A stretch of 64,000 nt of DNA from Octopus vulgaris (taxonomy: Eukaryota), in NCBI GenBank assembly GCA_951406725.2, contig OX597826.1, forward strand, positions 58,342,001 through 58,406,000. The letters run 5' to 3'. This document shows, piece by piece, positions 1 to 12,155 of the stretch. Both the position numbers and the translations under genes were made by a program. The notes beneath the pieces were generated by a model, which made no database searches, was not told where the DNA came from, and saw only the letters and a program-made list of their open reading frames with translations. Each line of letters starts with the position of its first letter. Within the stretch, counting starts at the first letter, position 1.

Positions 1-215
1 ATAGGCTCCTGTAATTGTTGTACCATTGCCAGGAAATCTGTCATCACTACTCCGTCCTGGTCCCAGAAGACTGTGAGCATGACTTTGCCAGGGGAGGGCT
101 GCACCCTTGCCTTCTTTGGAGGAGGTGAGTCACAGTGCTTCCACTGTATTGACTCGACTTTGGTCTCTGGATCATAGTGATGGACACAGGTTTCATCCTG
201 TCTAATCAGTCTTTG
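1..215 (-). mobile_element. mariner (DD34D-type) transposase fragment, truncated by the satellite
   Basis: Minus-strand translation RLIRQDETCVHHYDPETKVESIQWKHCDSPPPKKARVQPSPGKVMLTVFWDQDGVVMTDFL, then a frameshift into GTTITGAY. Matches the mariner TGDETW-HHYDPE...KVMxTVFWD region. Runs off the window edge. Confidence 0.9.
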
Positions 216-225
216 ATCTCTGTCG

Positions 226-375
226 TGAGGTTATATGACGTTGCGTTAAATGACGTGAAAGGATGTGACGTGGGATGGCCTGAAATGACGTGACGTTAAA
301 TAACGAGGCATGACGTGCCGTTGAACAACGTGACGGGAAGCTACGTTAAATGACGTTAAATGTTGTTAAATGACA
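226..375. repeat. degenerate TGACG / TTAAATGACG short-unit array
   Basis: Repeated tgacg, tgacgt and ttaaatgacg words; CpG-rich. Confidence 0.75.
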
Positions 376-377
376 GT

Positions 378-500
378 CTTGACATTCCTGACATTCCAGA
401 TATTCCAGACATTCCTGATATTCCAGACATTACAGACATTCCTGACATTACTGACATTCCAGACATTCCAGACATTCCTGACATTACTGACATTCCAGAC
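378..500 (+). repeat. 9-bp tandem repeat GACATTCC(A/T), block 1
   Basis: Direct 9-bp periodicity; produces the DIP-repeat pseudo-ORF. Confidence 0.95.
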
Positions 501-1197
501 AGAGATCAAAGACGGTACCGAGAGAGATCGAAGAGGGTGCCGACATAGATCAAAGAGGATGCATACAGAGATCAAAGAGGGTAACGAAAGAGATCAAAGA
601 CGGTGCCGACAGAGATCAAAGAAGGTGCCGACAGAGATCAAAGAGGGTGCCGAAAGAGATCAGAGAGGGTCCCGAAAGAGATCAAAGAGGTAGCGTAAAG
701 ACATCAAAGAGGGTGTCGACAAAGATCAAAGAGGGTGCCGAAAGGGATCAAACAGGGTGCCGAAAGGGATCAAAGAGGTAGCCGAAAGAGATCAGATACG
801 GTGCCGACAGAGATCAAAGACAGTGCCGACAGAGATCAAAGATGGTGCCCAAAAGAGATCAAAGAGGGTGGTGAAAGAGATCAAAGACGGTGCCGACAGA
901 GATCAAAGACGGTGTCGAAAAGAGAGCAAAGAGGGTGGCGAAAGAGATCAAAGACGGTGCCGAGAGAAATCAAAGACGGTGCCGAAAGAGATCAAAGACG
1001 GTGTCGACAGAGATCAAAGAGGGAGTCGACAGAGATCAAAGAGGGTGCTGACAGAGATCAAAGAAGGAGCCGAAAGAGATCAAAGAGGGTACCGAAAAGA
1101 GACCAATATGGTGCCGACAGAGATCAAAGACGGTGCCAACAGAGATGAAAGAGAGTGCCGAAAGAGATCAAAGAGGGTGCCGACAGAGATCAAAGAC
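497..1197 (+). repeat. 22-bp minisatellite GCCGACAGAGATCAAAGAGGGT, block 1
   Basis: atcaaaga recurs every 22 bp (e.g. 969, 991, 1013, 1035, 1057, 1079); a few 23-bp units. Confidence 0.95.
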
Positions 1198-1411
1198 ATT
1201 CCAGACATTCCTGACATTCCAGACATTCCTGACATTCACTGACATTACTAACATTCCAGACATTCCAGACATTCCTGATATTCCAGACATTCCAGACATT
1301 CCTGACATTACTGACATTCGAGACATTCCTGACATTCCTGACATTCTTGACATTCCAGACATTCCAGACATTCCAGATATTCCTGACATTACTGAATTTC
1401 CAGACATTCCT
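1195..1411 (+). repeat. 9-bp repeat GACATTCC(A/T), block 2
   Basis: Same unit as 378-500. Confidence 0.95.
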
Positions 1412-1412
1412 A

Positions 1413-1660
1413 CAAAGAATGGGCCGACAGAGATGAAAGACGGTGCCGACAGAGATCAAAGAGGGTGCCGACGGAGATGAAAGACGGAGCCAAAAGTGAT
1501 CAAAGACGGTGTCGACATAGATTAAAGAAGGAGCCGAAAGAGATCAAAGATGGTGCCGAAAGAGACCAAAGAGGGTGACGAAAAGAGATCAAAGAGGGTG
1601 TCGAAAGAGATCAAAAAGGGTGTCGACAGAGATCAAAGAGGGTGCAAACCGAGATCAAAT
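1413..1660 (+). repeat. 22-bp minisatellite, block 2
   Basis: Same unit as 497-1197. Confidence 0.95.
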
Positions 1661-1715
1661 ACATTCCTGAAATTCCTGACATTTCAGACATTCCTGACAT
1701 TACTGACATTCCAGA
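1661..1715 (+). repeat. 9-bp repeat, block 3
   Basis: acattcctga/gacattccag units leading into the 59-bp array. Confidence 0.9.
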
Positions 1716-4700
1716 ACAAGGGGAGGAAGGAATGTTGAACATTCCAGAGTGGGGGATTCAGAGGTGAAGGGGAGGAAGTGGAGGAAGGAATGTTGAACAT
1801 TCCTGAGAGGGGGATTTGAGAGGTGAAGGGGAGGAAGGGGAGGAGGGAATGTTGAACATTCCAGAGAGGGAGAGGAATGAATTTTGAACATTCCAGAGAG
1901 GGGGATTTGACAGGTGAAGGGGAGGAAGGGGAGGAAGGAATGTTGAACATTCCAGAGAGAGGGATTTGAGAGTTGAAGGGAGGAAGGGGAGGAAAAATCG
2001 TTGAAAATTCCAGAGAGGGGGATTTGAAAGGTGAAGGGGAGGAAGGTGAGAGGGAACGCTGAACATTCCAGAGAGGGGGATTTGAGAGGACAAGGGGAGG
2101 AAGAGGAGGAAGGAATGTTGAATATTCAAGAGAGGGGGATTTGAGAGGTGAAGGAGAGGAAGGGGAGGAAGGAATGTTGAACATTCCTGAGAGGGGATTT
2201 AGGAGGAGAAGGGGATGAAGGAAAGTTGAACATTCCTGAGAGGGGGATTTGAGAGGTGAAAGGGAGGAAAGGGAGGAAGGATCTTTGAACATTCCTGAGA
2301 GGGGGATTTGAGAGGTGAAGGGGAGGCAGGGGAGGAAGGATCGTTGAACATTCCAGAGAGAAGGAAATGTGAGAGGTGAAGGGGAGGAAGGGGTGGAAGG
2401 AACGTTGAACATTTCTGAGAGGGGGATTTGAGAGGAGAAGGGGAGGAAGCGGAGGAAGGAATGTTGAACATTCCTGAGAGGGGGATTTGCGAGGTGAAGG
2501 GGAGGAAGGGGAGGAAGGATTGTTGAACATTCCAGAGAGGTGGATTTGAGAGGTGAAGGGGAGGAAGGGGAGGAAGGAAGGTTGAACATTCCAGAGTGGG
2601 GGTTTGAGAGGCGAAGGGGAGGAAAGGGTGGAAGGAATATTGAACATTCCGGAGAGAGGGATTTGAGCAGTGAAGGGGAGGAAGGAAAGGATGGAATGTT
2701 GAACATTCCAGAGAAGGGGAGGAGGAAAGAATTTTGAACATTCCTGAGAGGAGGATTTCAGAGGTGAAGGGGAGGGAGAGGAGAAAGGAATGTTCAACAT
2801 TCCAGAGAGGGGGATTTTAGAGGAGAAGGGGAGGAAGGGGAGGAAGGATTGTTCAACATTCCAGAGAGGGGGATTTTAGAGGAGAAGGGGATGAAGGGGA
2901 GGAAGGATTGTTGAACATTCCAGAGAGGGGGATTTGAGAGGTGAAGGGGAGGAAGGGGAGGGAGGAATGTTGAACATTCCAGAGAGGGGGATTTGAGAGG
3001 TGAATGGGAGGAAGGGGAGGGAGGAATGTTGAACATTCCAGAGAGGGGGATTTGAGAGGTGAAGGGGAGGAAGGGGAGGAAGGAATGTTCAACATTCCAG
3101 AGAGGGGGATTTTAGAGGAGAAGGGGAGGAAGGGGAGGAAGGAATGTTGAACATTCCAGAGAGGGGGATTTGAGAGGTGAAGGGGAGGAAGGGGAGGGAG
3201 GAATGTTGAACATTCCTCAGAGGGGGGTTTGAGAGGTGAAGGGGAGGAAGAGGAGAAAGGAATGTTCAACATTCCACAGAGGGGGATTTTAGAGGAGAAG
3301 GGGAGGAAGGGGAGGAAGGATTGTTCAACATTCCAGAGAGGGGGATTTTACAGGAGAAGGGGATGAAGGGGAGGAAGGATTGTTGAACATTCCAGAGAGG
3401 GGGATTTGAGAGGTGAAGGGGAGTAAGGGGAGGATGGATTGTTGAACATTCCAGAGAGGGGGATTTGAGAGGTGAAGGGGAGGAAGGGGAGGGAGGAATG
3501 TTGAACATTCCAGAGAGGGGGATTTGAGAGGAGAATGGGAGGAAGGGGAAGTAGGAATGTTGAACATTCCAGAGAGGGGGATTTGAGAGGTGAAGGTGAG
3601 GGAGGGGAGGTAGGAATGTTGAACATTCTAGAGAGGGGGATTTGAGAGGAGAATGGGAGGATGTGGAGGGAGGAATGTTGAACATTCCACAGAGTGGGAT
3701 TTGAGAGGTGAAAGGGAGGAAGGGGAGAAAGGAATGTTCAACATTCCACAGAGGGGGATTTTAGAGGAGAAGGGGAGGAAGGATTGTTCAACATTCCAGA
3801 GAGGGGGATTTTAGAGGAGAAGGGGAGGAAGGGGAGGAAGGATTGTTGAACATTCCAGAGAGGGGGATTTTAGAGGAGAAGGGGAGGAAGGGGAGGGAGG
3901 AATAATGAACATTCCAGAGAGGGGGATTTGAGAGGTGAAGGGGAGGAAGGGGAGGGAGGAATGTTCAACATTCCTCCCCCCTTCCTCCCCTTCTCCTCTC
4001 AAATCCCCTCTCTGGAATGTTCAACATTCCTCCCTCCCCCTTCCTCCCCTTCACCTCTCAAATCCCCCTCTCTGGAATGTTCAACATTCCTCCCTCCCCT
4101 TCCTCCCCTTCACCTCTCAAATCCCCCTCTCTGGAATGTTGAACATTCCAGAGAGGGGGATTTGAGAGGTGAATGGGAGGAAGGGGAGGGAGGAATGTTC
4201 AACATTCCAGAGAGGGGGATTTGAGAGGAGAATGGGAGGAAGGGGAGGGAGGAATGTTGAACATTCCAGAGAGGGGGATTTGAGAGGAGAATGGGAGGAA
4301 GGGGAGGGAGGAAAGTTGAACATTCCAGAGAGGGGGATTTGAGAGGTGAAGGGGAGGGAGGAATGTTGAACATTCCAGAGAGGGGGATTTGAGAGGTGAA
4401 GGTGAGGAAGGGGAGGGAGGAATGTTGAACATTCCAGAGAGGGGGATTTGAGAGGTGAAGGGGAGGGAGGAATGTTGAACATTCCAGAGAGGGGGATTTG
4501 AGAGGTGAAGGGGAGGAAGGGGAGGGAGGAATGTTGAACATTCCAGAGAGGGGGATTTTAGAGGAGAAGGGGAGGAAGGGGAGGAAGGATTGTTGAACAT
4601 TCCAGAGAGGGGGATTTGAGAGGTGAAGGGGAGGAAGGGGAGAAAGGAATGTTCAACATTCCAGAGAGGGGGATTTCAGAGGAGAATGGGAGGAAGGGGA

Positions 4701-7700
4701 GGGAGGAATGTTGAACATTCCAGAGAGGGGGATTTGAGAGGTGAAGGGGAGGAAGGGGAGAAAGGAATGTTCAACATTCCAGAAAGGGGGATTTTAGAGG
4801 AGAAGGGGAGGAAGGGGAGGAAGGATTGTTCAATATTCCAGAGAGGGGGATTTTAGATGAGAATGGGAGGAAGGGGAGGAAAGATTGTTGAACATTCCTG
4901 ACAGGGGGATTTGAGAGGTGAAGGGAAGAAGGGGAGGGAGGAATGTTGAACATTCCAGAGAGGGAGATTTGAGATGAGAAGGGGAGGAAGAGGAGGAAGG
5001 AATGTTCAACATTCCAGAGAGGGGGATTTGAGAGGTGAAGGGTAGGAAGGGGAGAAAGGAATGTTCAACATTCCAGAGAGGGGGATTTGAGAGGAGAATG
5101 TGAGGAAGGGGAGGGAGGAATGTTGAACATTCCAGAGAGGGGGATTTGAGAGGTGAAGGGGAGGAAGGGGAGGGAGGAATGTTGAACATTCCAGAGAGGG
5201 GGATTTCAGAGGTGAAGGGGAGGAAGGGGATGGAGGAATGTTGAACATTCCAGAGAGGGGGATTTGAGAGGTGAAGGGGAGGAAGGGGAGAAAGGAATGT
5301 TCAACATTCCAGAGAGGGGGATTTGAGAGGAGAATGGGAGGAAGGGGAGGAAGGATTGTTCAACATTCCAGAGAGGGGGATTTTAGAGGAGAATGGGAGG
5401 AAGGGGAGGAAGGATTGTTGAACATTCCAGAGAGGGGGATTTTAGAGGTGAAGGGAAGAAGGGGAGGGAGGAATGTTGAACATTCCAGAGAGGGAGATTT
5501 GAGATGAGAATGGGAGGAAGGGGAGGGAGGAATGTTGAACATTCCAGAGAGGATCAAAATCCACCTCTCAGGAATGTTCAACATTCCTTCCAACGCTTCC
5601 TTCCCTTCTCCTCTCAAATCCCCCTCTCAGGAAGTTTCAACATTCCTCTCACCCCTTCCTCCCAATCTCCTCTCAAATCCCCCACTCTAGAATGTTCAAC
5701 GAACCTTCCTCCCCTTCTTCCCTTCAACTCACAAATCCCCCTCTCTAGAATGTTCAACATTCCTTCCTCCCCCTCTCTGGAATGTTCAAGATTTCATCCT
5801 CCCCTTCCTCCCCTTCACCTCTCAAATCCCTCTCTCAGGAATGTTCAACATTCCCCACTCCCCTTCCTTCCCTTCACCTCTCAAATTCCACTCTCTTCGA
5901 TGTTCAACATTGTTTCCTCCGCTTCCACCCCTTCACCTTTGAAATCCCCATCTCTGGAATGTTCAACGATCAGAACTCCCCTTCAACCCTTTCACGTCTC
6001 AAATCCCCCTCTCAGGAATGATCAACATTCCTTTCTCCCCTTCACCTCTCACATCCCCCTCACTGGAATGTTCAAAATTCATTCCTACCCTCTCTCTGGA
6101 ATGTTCAACAATCCATCCTCCTCTTTACCTCTCAAATCCCACTCTCTGGAATGTTCAACATTCCTTCCTCCCTTTCGTCACCTTCACCTATTAAATCACC
6201 CTCCCTTGAATGTTCAACGATCCTTCCTCCCATTCCTCCCTTCAACCCTGAAATCCACCTCTCTGGAATGTTTAACATTCCTTCCTCCCCTTACTCGCCT
6301 TTACCTCTCAAATCCCCCTCCCTGGAATGTTCAACATTCCTTCCTCCCCCTCTCTCGAATGTTCAACATTCTATCCTCCCCTTCCTCCTCTTCACCTCTC
6401 AAATCCCCCTCTGAGGAAAGTTCATACTTCCCCCCTTCCTACCCTTCACCTCTCAAATCCCCCTCTCTGGGATGTTCAACATTCCTTCCTCCCCTTCAAC
6501 CCTTCACCTTTGAAATCCCCCTCTCTGGAATGTTCAACGTTCCTTCCTCCCCTTCCTCCAATTCACCTCTCAAATCCCCCCTCTCAGGAATGTTCAACAT
6601 TCCTTCCTCCACTTCTCCCCTTCTACTCTCAAATACCCCTCTCAGGAATGTTCAACATTCCTCCCTCCCTTCCTCCCCTTCACCTCAGTAATCCCCCTCT
6701 CTGGAATGTTCAACAATCCTTCCTCCCCTTCATCGCCTTCACATCTCAAATCCCCCTCTCAGGAATGTTCAACATTCCTTCCATCTCTTCTCTCAAATCT
6801 CCCTCTCAGGAATGTTCGACGATCCCCTTCCTCTTTTCAACTCTCAAATCCCCCTCTCTGGAATGTTCAACGATCCTTCCTCCCCTTCCTCCCCTTCACC
6901 TCTTAAATTCCCGTCTCAGGAATTTTCAATATTCCGTCCTCCCCTTCCTCCGCTTCTCCCCTCAAATCCTCCTCTCAGGAATGTTCAACATTCCATCCTC
7001 CCCTTCCTCCGCTTCTCCCCTCAAATCCCCCTCTCAGGAATGTTCAACATTCCTCCCTCCCCTTCCTCCCATTCTCCTCTCAAATCCCCCTCCCTGGAAT
7101 GTTCAACGATCCTTCCTACCCTTGTCCCCTTCAACTCACAAATCCCCCTCTCTAGAATGTTCAATGATCCTACCTCCCCTTCCTCCCCTTCTACTCTCAA
7201 ATCTCCCTCTCTGAAATGTTCAACATTACTTCCTTCTCTTCCTCCCCTTCACCTCTCAATTCCCCCTCTCTGGAATGTTCAACATTCCTTCCTCCCCCCT
7301 CTCTGGAATGTTTAACATTCCATCCTCCCCTTCCTCCCCTTCACCTCACATATACCTCTCTCTGGAATGTTCAGCATTCCATCCTCCACTTCCTGACCTT
7401 TTCTCTCTAATCCCCTTCTCTGGAATGTTTAACATTACTTCCTCCCCTTCCTCCCCTTCACCTCTCAAATTCCCCTCTCTGCAATGTTGAACATTCCTTC
7501 CTCGCCTTCTCTGGAATGTTCAACGTTCCATCCACCCCTTCCTCCCCTTCACCTCTCAAATCCCCCTCTCTTTGATGTTCAACATTCCTTCCTCCACTTC
7601 CTCCCCTTCACCTCTAAAATCCCCTTCTCTGGAATGTTGAACATTCCTTTTTCCCCTTCCTCACCTTCACCTTTGAAATCACCCTCTCTGGAATGTTCAA

Positions 7701-9683
7701 CGATCCTTACTCCACTTCATCCCCTTCACCTCAAAATCCCCCTCTCTGGAATGTTGAACATTCCTTTCTCCCCTTCCTCCCCTTCACCTCTCAAATCCCC
7801 CTCTCTGGAATGTTCAACATTACTTCCCACCCCCTCTCTGGAATGTTCAGCATTCCATGCTCCCCATCCTCCCCTTCACGTATCAAATCCCCCTCTCAGA
7901 AATGTTCAACATTCCATCCTCCCCTTCTTCCCCTTCACCTCTCAAATCCCCCTCTCTGAATTGTTTAACATTCCTTCCTCCCCTTCCTCCCCTTCACCAC
8001 TCAAAACCCCTCTCTGGAATGTTCAACATTCCTTCCTCCCCTTCACCTCTCAAAACCCATCTCTGGAATGTTCAACATTCCTTCCTCCCCTTCCTCCCCC
8101 TCACCTCTCAAATTCCCCTTTCTGGAATGTTTAACATTCCTTCTTCCCACCTCACTGGAATGTTCAACATTCCATCCTCCTCTTCCTCCCCTTCACCTCT
8201 CAAATTCCCCTCTCATGGAATGTTCAACATTCCTTCCTACCCTTCCTCACCTCCTCCTCTCAAATCCCCCTCTCAGGAATGTTGAACATTCCTCCCTCCC
8301 CTTCCTCTACTTCACCTCTCAAATCCCCCACTCTGGAATGTTCAACGAATCTTCCTCCCCTTCTTCCCTTCAACTCTCAAATCCCCCTCTCTGTAATGTT
8401 CAACGATCCTTCCTCCCCTTCCTTCCTTTCACCTCTCAAATCCCCCTCTCTGGAATATTCAACATTCCTTCCTCCCCTTCCTCCCCATCACCTCTCAAAT
8501 CCCCCTCTCTGGAATGTTCAACATTCCTTCCTCCCCCTCTCTGGAATGTTCAACATTCCTTCCTCCCCTTCACCTCTCAAATCCCCCTCTCAGGAATGTT
8601 CAACATTCCCCACTCCCCTTCCTTCCCTTCACCTCTCAAATTCCCCTCTCTGCGATGTTCAACATTCTTTCCTCCCCTTCCACCCCTTCACCTTTGAAAT
8701 CCCCCTCTCTGGAATGTTCAACGATCAGAACTCCCCTTCAACCCCTTCACGTCTCAAATCCCCCTTTCAGGAATGTTCAACATTCCTTCCTCCCCTTCCT
8801 CCCCTTCTCCTCTCAAATCACCCTCTCAGGAATGTTCAACAATCCAACCCATTCCTACCCTTCTCCTCACAAATCCCCCTCTCTGGAATGTTAAACATTC
8901 TATCCTCCCCTTCAGCTCTCACATCCCCCTCACTGGAATGTTCAAAATTCATTCTTACCCCCTCTCTAGAATTTTCAACATTCACCCCAACACTTCCTCC
9001 CCTTCACCTATCACATCCACCTCACTTGAATGTTCAAAATTCATTCCTACCCCACTCTCTGGAATGTTCAGCATTCCCCCCTCCCCTTCCTCCCTTCAAC
9101 CCTGAAATCAACCTCTCTGGAATGTTTAACATTCCTTCCTCCCCTTACTCGCCTTTACCTCTAAAATCCCCTTCCAGAGAGGGGGATTTGAAAGGTGAAG
9201 GGGAGGAAGGAATGTTGAACATTCCAGAGAGGGGGGTTATAGAAGTGAAGTGAGGAAGGGCAGGGAGGAATGTTGAAAATTCCTGAGAGGGGGATTTGAA
9301 AGGTGAAGGGCTGGAAGGGGAGGAAAGAATGTTGAAAATTCCAGAGAGGGGGATTTGAGAGGTGAAGGGGAGGAAGGGGAGGACGGATCGTTGAACATTC
9401 CAGAGAGGGGGATTTGAGAAGTGAAGGGGAGGAATGGGAGGATGTTAAATTTTACAGTGAGGGGGATTTGAGAGGTGAAGAGAGGAAGGAATGTTGAACA
9501 TTCCATAGAGATGGGCTTGAGAGGTGAAGGGGAGGAAGAGGAGGTAGGATCGTTGAATATTCCAGAGAGGGGGATTTCAGAGTTGAATGAGAGGAAGGAT
9601 AGGAAGGAATGTTGAACATTCCAGAGAGGGGTATTTGAGTGTTGAAGGTGAGGAAGGGTAGGAAGGATCGTCGAACATTCCAG
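1716..9683. repeat. 59-bp satellite with a 17-bp palindrome and a purine-rich arm; four orientation switches
   Basis: Consensus GGAATGTT(G/C)AACATTCC-AGAGAGGGGGATTTGAGAGGTGAAGGGGAGGAAGGGGAGGAA. G-rich on + at 1716-3965, 4141-5552 and 9172-9683; C-rich at 3966-4140 and 5553-9171. Shortened ~30 and ~50 bp variants occur. Confidence 0.95.
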
Positions 9684-9905
9684 ACATCCCTTTCATTCCT
9701 GACATTCCAGACATTCCAGACATTCCCGACATTCCAGTCATTCCTGACATTGCAGACATTCCTGATATTCCTGTCATTCCATTCATTCCGGACATTCCTG
9801 AAATTCCAGACATCCCCGACATCCCAGACATCTCTGACAATCCAGACATTTCTGGAATGTCTGGATTGTGAGGAGTGTCTGGAATATCAGGAATGTCTGG
9901 AATGA
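9676..9905. repeat. 9-bp repeat, block 4, inverting at ~9851
   Basis: gacattcc units to 9850, then ggaatgtc units; hairpin TCCAGACATT-tctgg-AATGTCTGGA at the switch. Confidence 0.9.
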
Positions 9906-9918
9906 CAGACATGCGGAG

Positions 9919-10068
9919 TAAGTCGATTGCATCGATCCCAATGGTACTTAATTTATCGACCCCGAGAGGATGAAAGGCAAAGTCGGATGCGGCAGAATTT
10001 GAGCGGCAGACGAAATACTGGTAAGCATTTCGCCCGGCGTGCTTACGTTTCTGCCAGTTCGCCGCCTT
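9919..10068 (-). mobile_element. tRNA-derived SINE family B (head GGCGGCGAGCTGGCAGAA; Deu/Nin-like core CTTTCATCCTTTCGGGGTCGATAAA)
   Basis: Homologous to copies at 14369, 16804, 21993, 40259, 55339, 55545, 56712 and 56960. Confidence 0.85.
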
Positions 10069-10490
10069 GTTTCTTCCCCAAACTTTATTTTTTTCTTCTC
10101 ATACAGTCACACTTTACAGAAATCAGTTAATTCAAGCCAGTGGCTTGTTTTATTTTTATTCGCACGTAATATGCAAATGTATTTATGTAAATATATCTAA
10201 TTCAATAAGGATATAAATAATACTAATTCAAGTATCTAAAGCAAATGAATTTCATACATAACTCTGATGGGCAGGGTTCGAAACCTCATGAATGAATCGT
10301 TGTATGTATTATTGCATAATCTAGCAATATTCATGAAGCCGAATTTCAACGAAGAATTGAAATTGATGTAATGAAAGTATTTACTCAGTGCATTCTACTT
10401 GGCTGTAATTGTAAAATCCCTGCGGATACTTGTGGATTTTCATTCATGTCCCTGACCAAAGAAACAATCTACGAGTTTAACGTCTGCCTG

Positions 10491-10946
10491 CTGGCCTGTA
10501 CCCGTGGATGAACTTAATAAGGTAGTCTCCAAGGTTAAAGCCCCAAATGAAATTATAGATGAAATTATAGATGTGTGTCGTGGTGGTAGTGGAGCTGTAA
10601 ATATAAATTTAAATTTGATTTAACAGTTTTATGACTTAATGACCTGGAGGCTCAAATCCCGATGTAACAGTTCTGTGCATAATTTCTTTTTTTTTTACAG
10701 GTTCCAATATTTGAATGCGGTCTTGCTGCGAGACGCTTTGAAAGATCCCCATTTAGTCGTTGACAACTATTAGCGGACGTTTTTAATTCGATTTTAACAC
10801 TTTAACTTTACCACTCCTGAAAATCAGGAAATGCATGGTAGCGATTCAGTTAAGGGACACACACATCTATAATTTCATCTATAATTTCATTTGGGCTTTA
10901 ACCTTGGAGACTACCTTATTAAGCTCAATCCACGGGTACAGGCCAG
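10491..10946. mobile_element. foldback/MITE-like element with ~88-bp terminal inverted repeats
   Basis: 10491-10579 (ctggcctgtacccgtggat...gaaattatagatgtgtgtc) is the near-perfect reverse complement of 10856-10946; no TSD recognised. Confidence 0.8.
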
Positions 10947-10964
10947 TTCGGTCATAATAACAAA

Positions 10965-11514
10965 TATATATATATGAGTGTATGTTTAAGTGCATGCTTG
11001 TGAGTGTGTGTGCGTGTGTGTGTATGTCTATGTGCACGTATGTAATACATATATATATATATATATACGTACATACATATATATACATTGATATGTGGAT
11101 GTATATACATACAGACATACACACACACATATATATATATACATACATACACACATTTACATATGTATATGTGTATATAGATATGCAAATATGTATACTT
11201 GTATATGTGTGTGCGTGTATGTATATACACGTATTCTAAACACACATACACACATACACACATACACACACACACATATATATATACACATATATGTATA
11301 TCTATGTATATATATATATATATATATATATTTGTGTTTTTGCGTGGTACACATGTATACATATATGAACGTACGTACGTACGTATGTATGTATGTATGT
11401 ATGTATGTATGTATGTATGTATGTATGTATGTATGTATGTATGTATGTATGTATGTATGTATGTATGTGTGTGTGTGTATGTATGTATCTATCCAGTATG
11501 TACACACATGGACA

Positions 11515-11596
<82 letters not shown>

Positions 11597-11710
11597 TATA
11601 TACATACATACATACATGCATACATACATACATACATACATACATACATACATACATACATACATACATACATACATACATACATACATACATACATACA
11701 TACATGCATA
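10965..11710. repeat. compound (TA)n/(TG)n/(TATG)n/(CATA)n microsatellite field
   Basis: Direct inspection. Similar fields at 24060-25020, 25750-26280, 28900-29110, 29765-29970, 37395-37850, 45296-45750, 52100-52530, 61900-62300 and 62930-63650. Confidence 0.95.
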
Positions 11711-11866
11711 CAAAGTATTATTAATAAATTTCAGGGTAGCAAAAAGTTATTTAGAAAATTTCGCTACCAGTGGTCTAGCGTGAAGAAAAAAAACTAGTCA
11801 ATAGACTATATATTATTCATATAAATACAATGTACATTTATATTATTCATATAAATACAATGTACA

Positions 11867-12063
11867 CATAAGAGATAGCCATAATAGGACATCTAACCCG
11901 CTAGAAGGAATACTTAAAATCCAAACCAATTAGAGGTAGGTACAGGAAATAGATGGTAAATGTTTTTATATTTCATTCCCTTTCGAAATTTCCCGGAATA
12001 TTGGTTTTAATTTTAACTATTCCTTCTAGCGGGTAAAATGTCCTATTATGGCCATCTCTTATG
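11867..12063. mobile_element. MITE with ~46-bp TIRs
   Basis: cataagagatagccataataggacatctaacccgctagaaggaata (11867-11912) versus tattccttctagcgggtaaaatgtcctattatggccatctcttatg (12018-12063). Confidence 0.85.
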
Positions 12064-12155
12064 AGTTTAAATGTACACTTTATTTATATGCATACTAAGT
12101 ATGTACATTTTGACACATACTAATATGATCTTATATATATATATATATATATATA

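Noticed and set aside
1716-9683. CRISPR-like array (palindromic repeat plus spacer)
   Set aside because: The inter-palindrome sequences are near-identical rather than unique; no cas genes; eukaryotic context
360-9912. Many long ORFs (DIP repeats, RDQR repeats, PSSPSSPSPLKSPSLEC repeats) as repetitive proteins
   Set aside because: The 22- and 59-bp units are not multiples of 3, so frames cycle; ORFs appear in all frames and both strands; the array inverts. This is satellite DNA.
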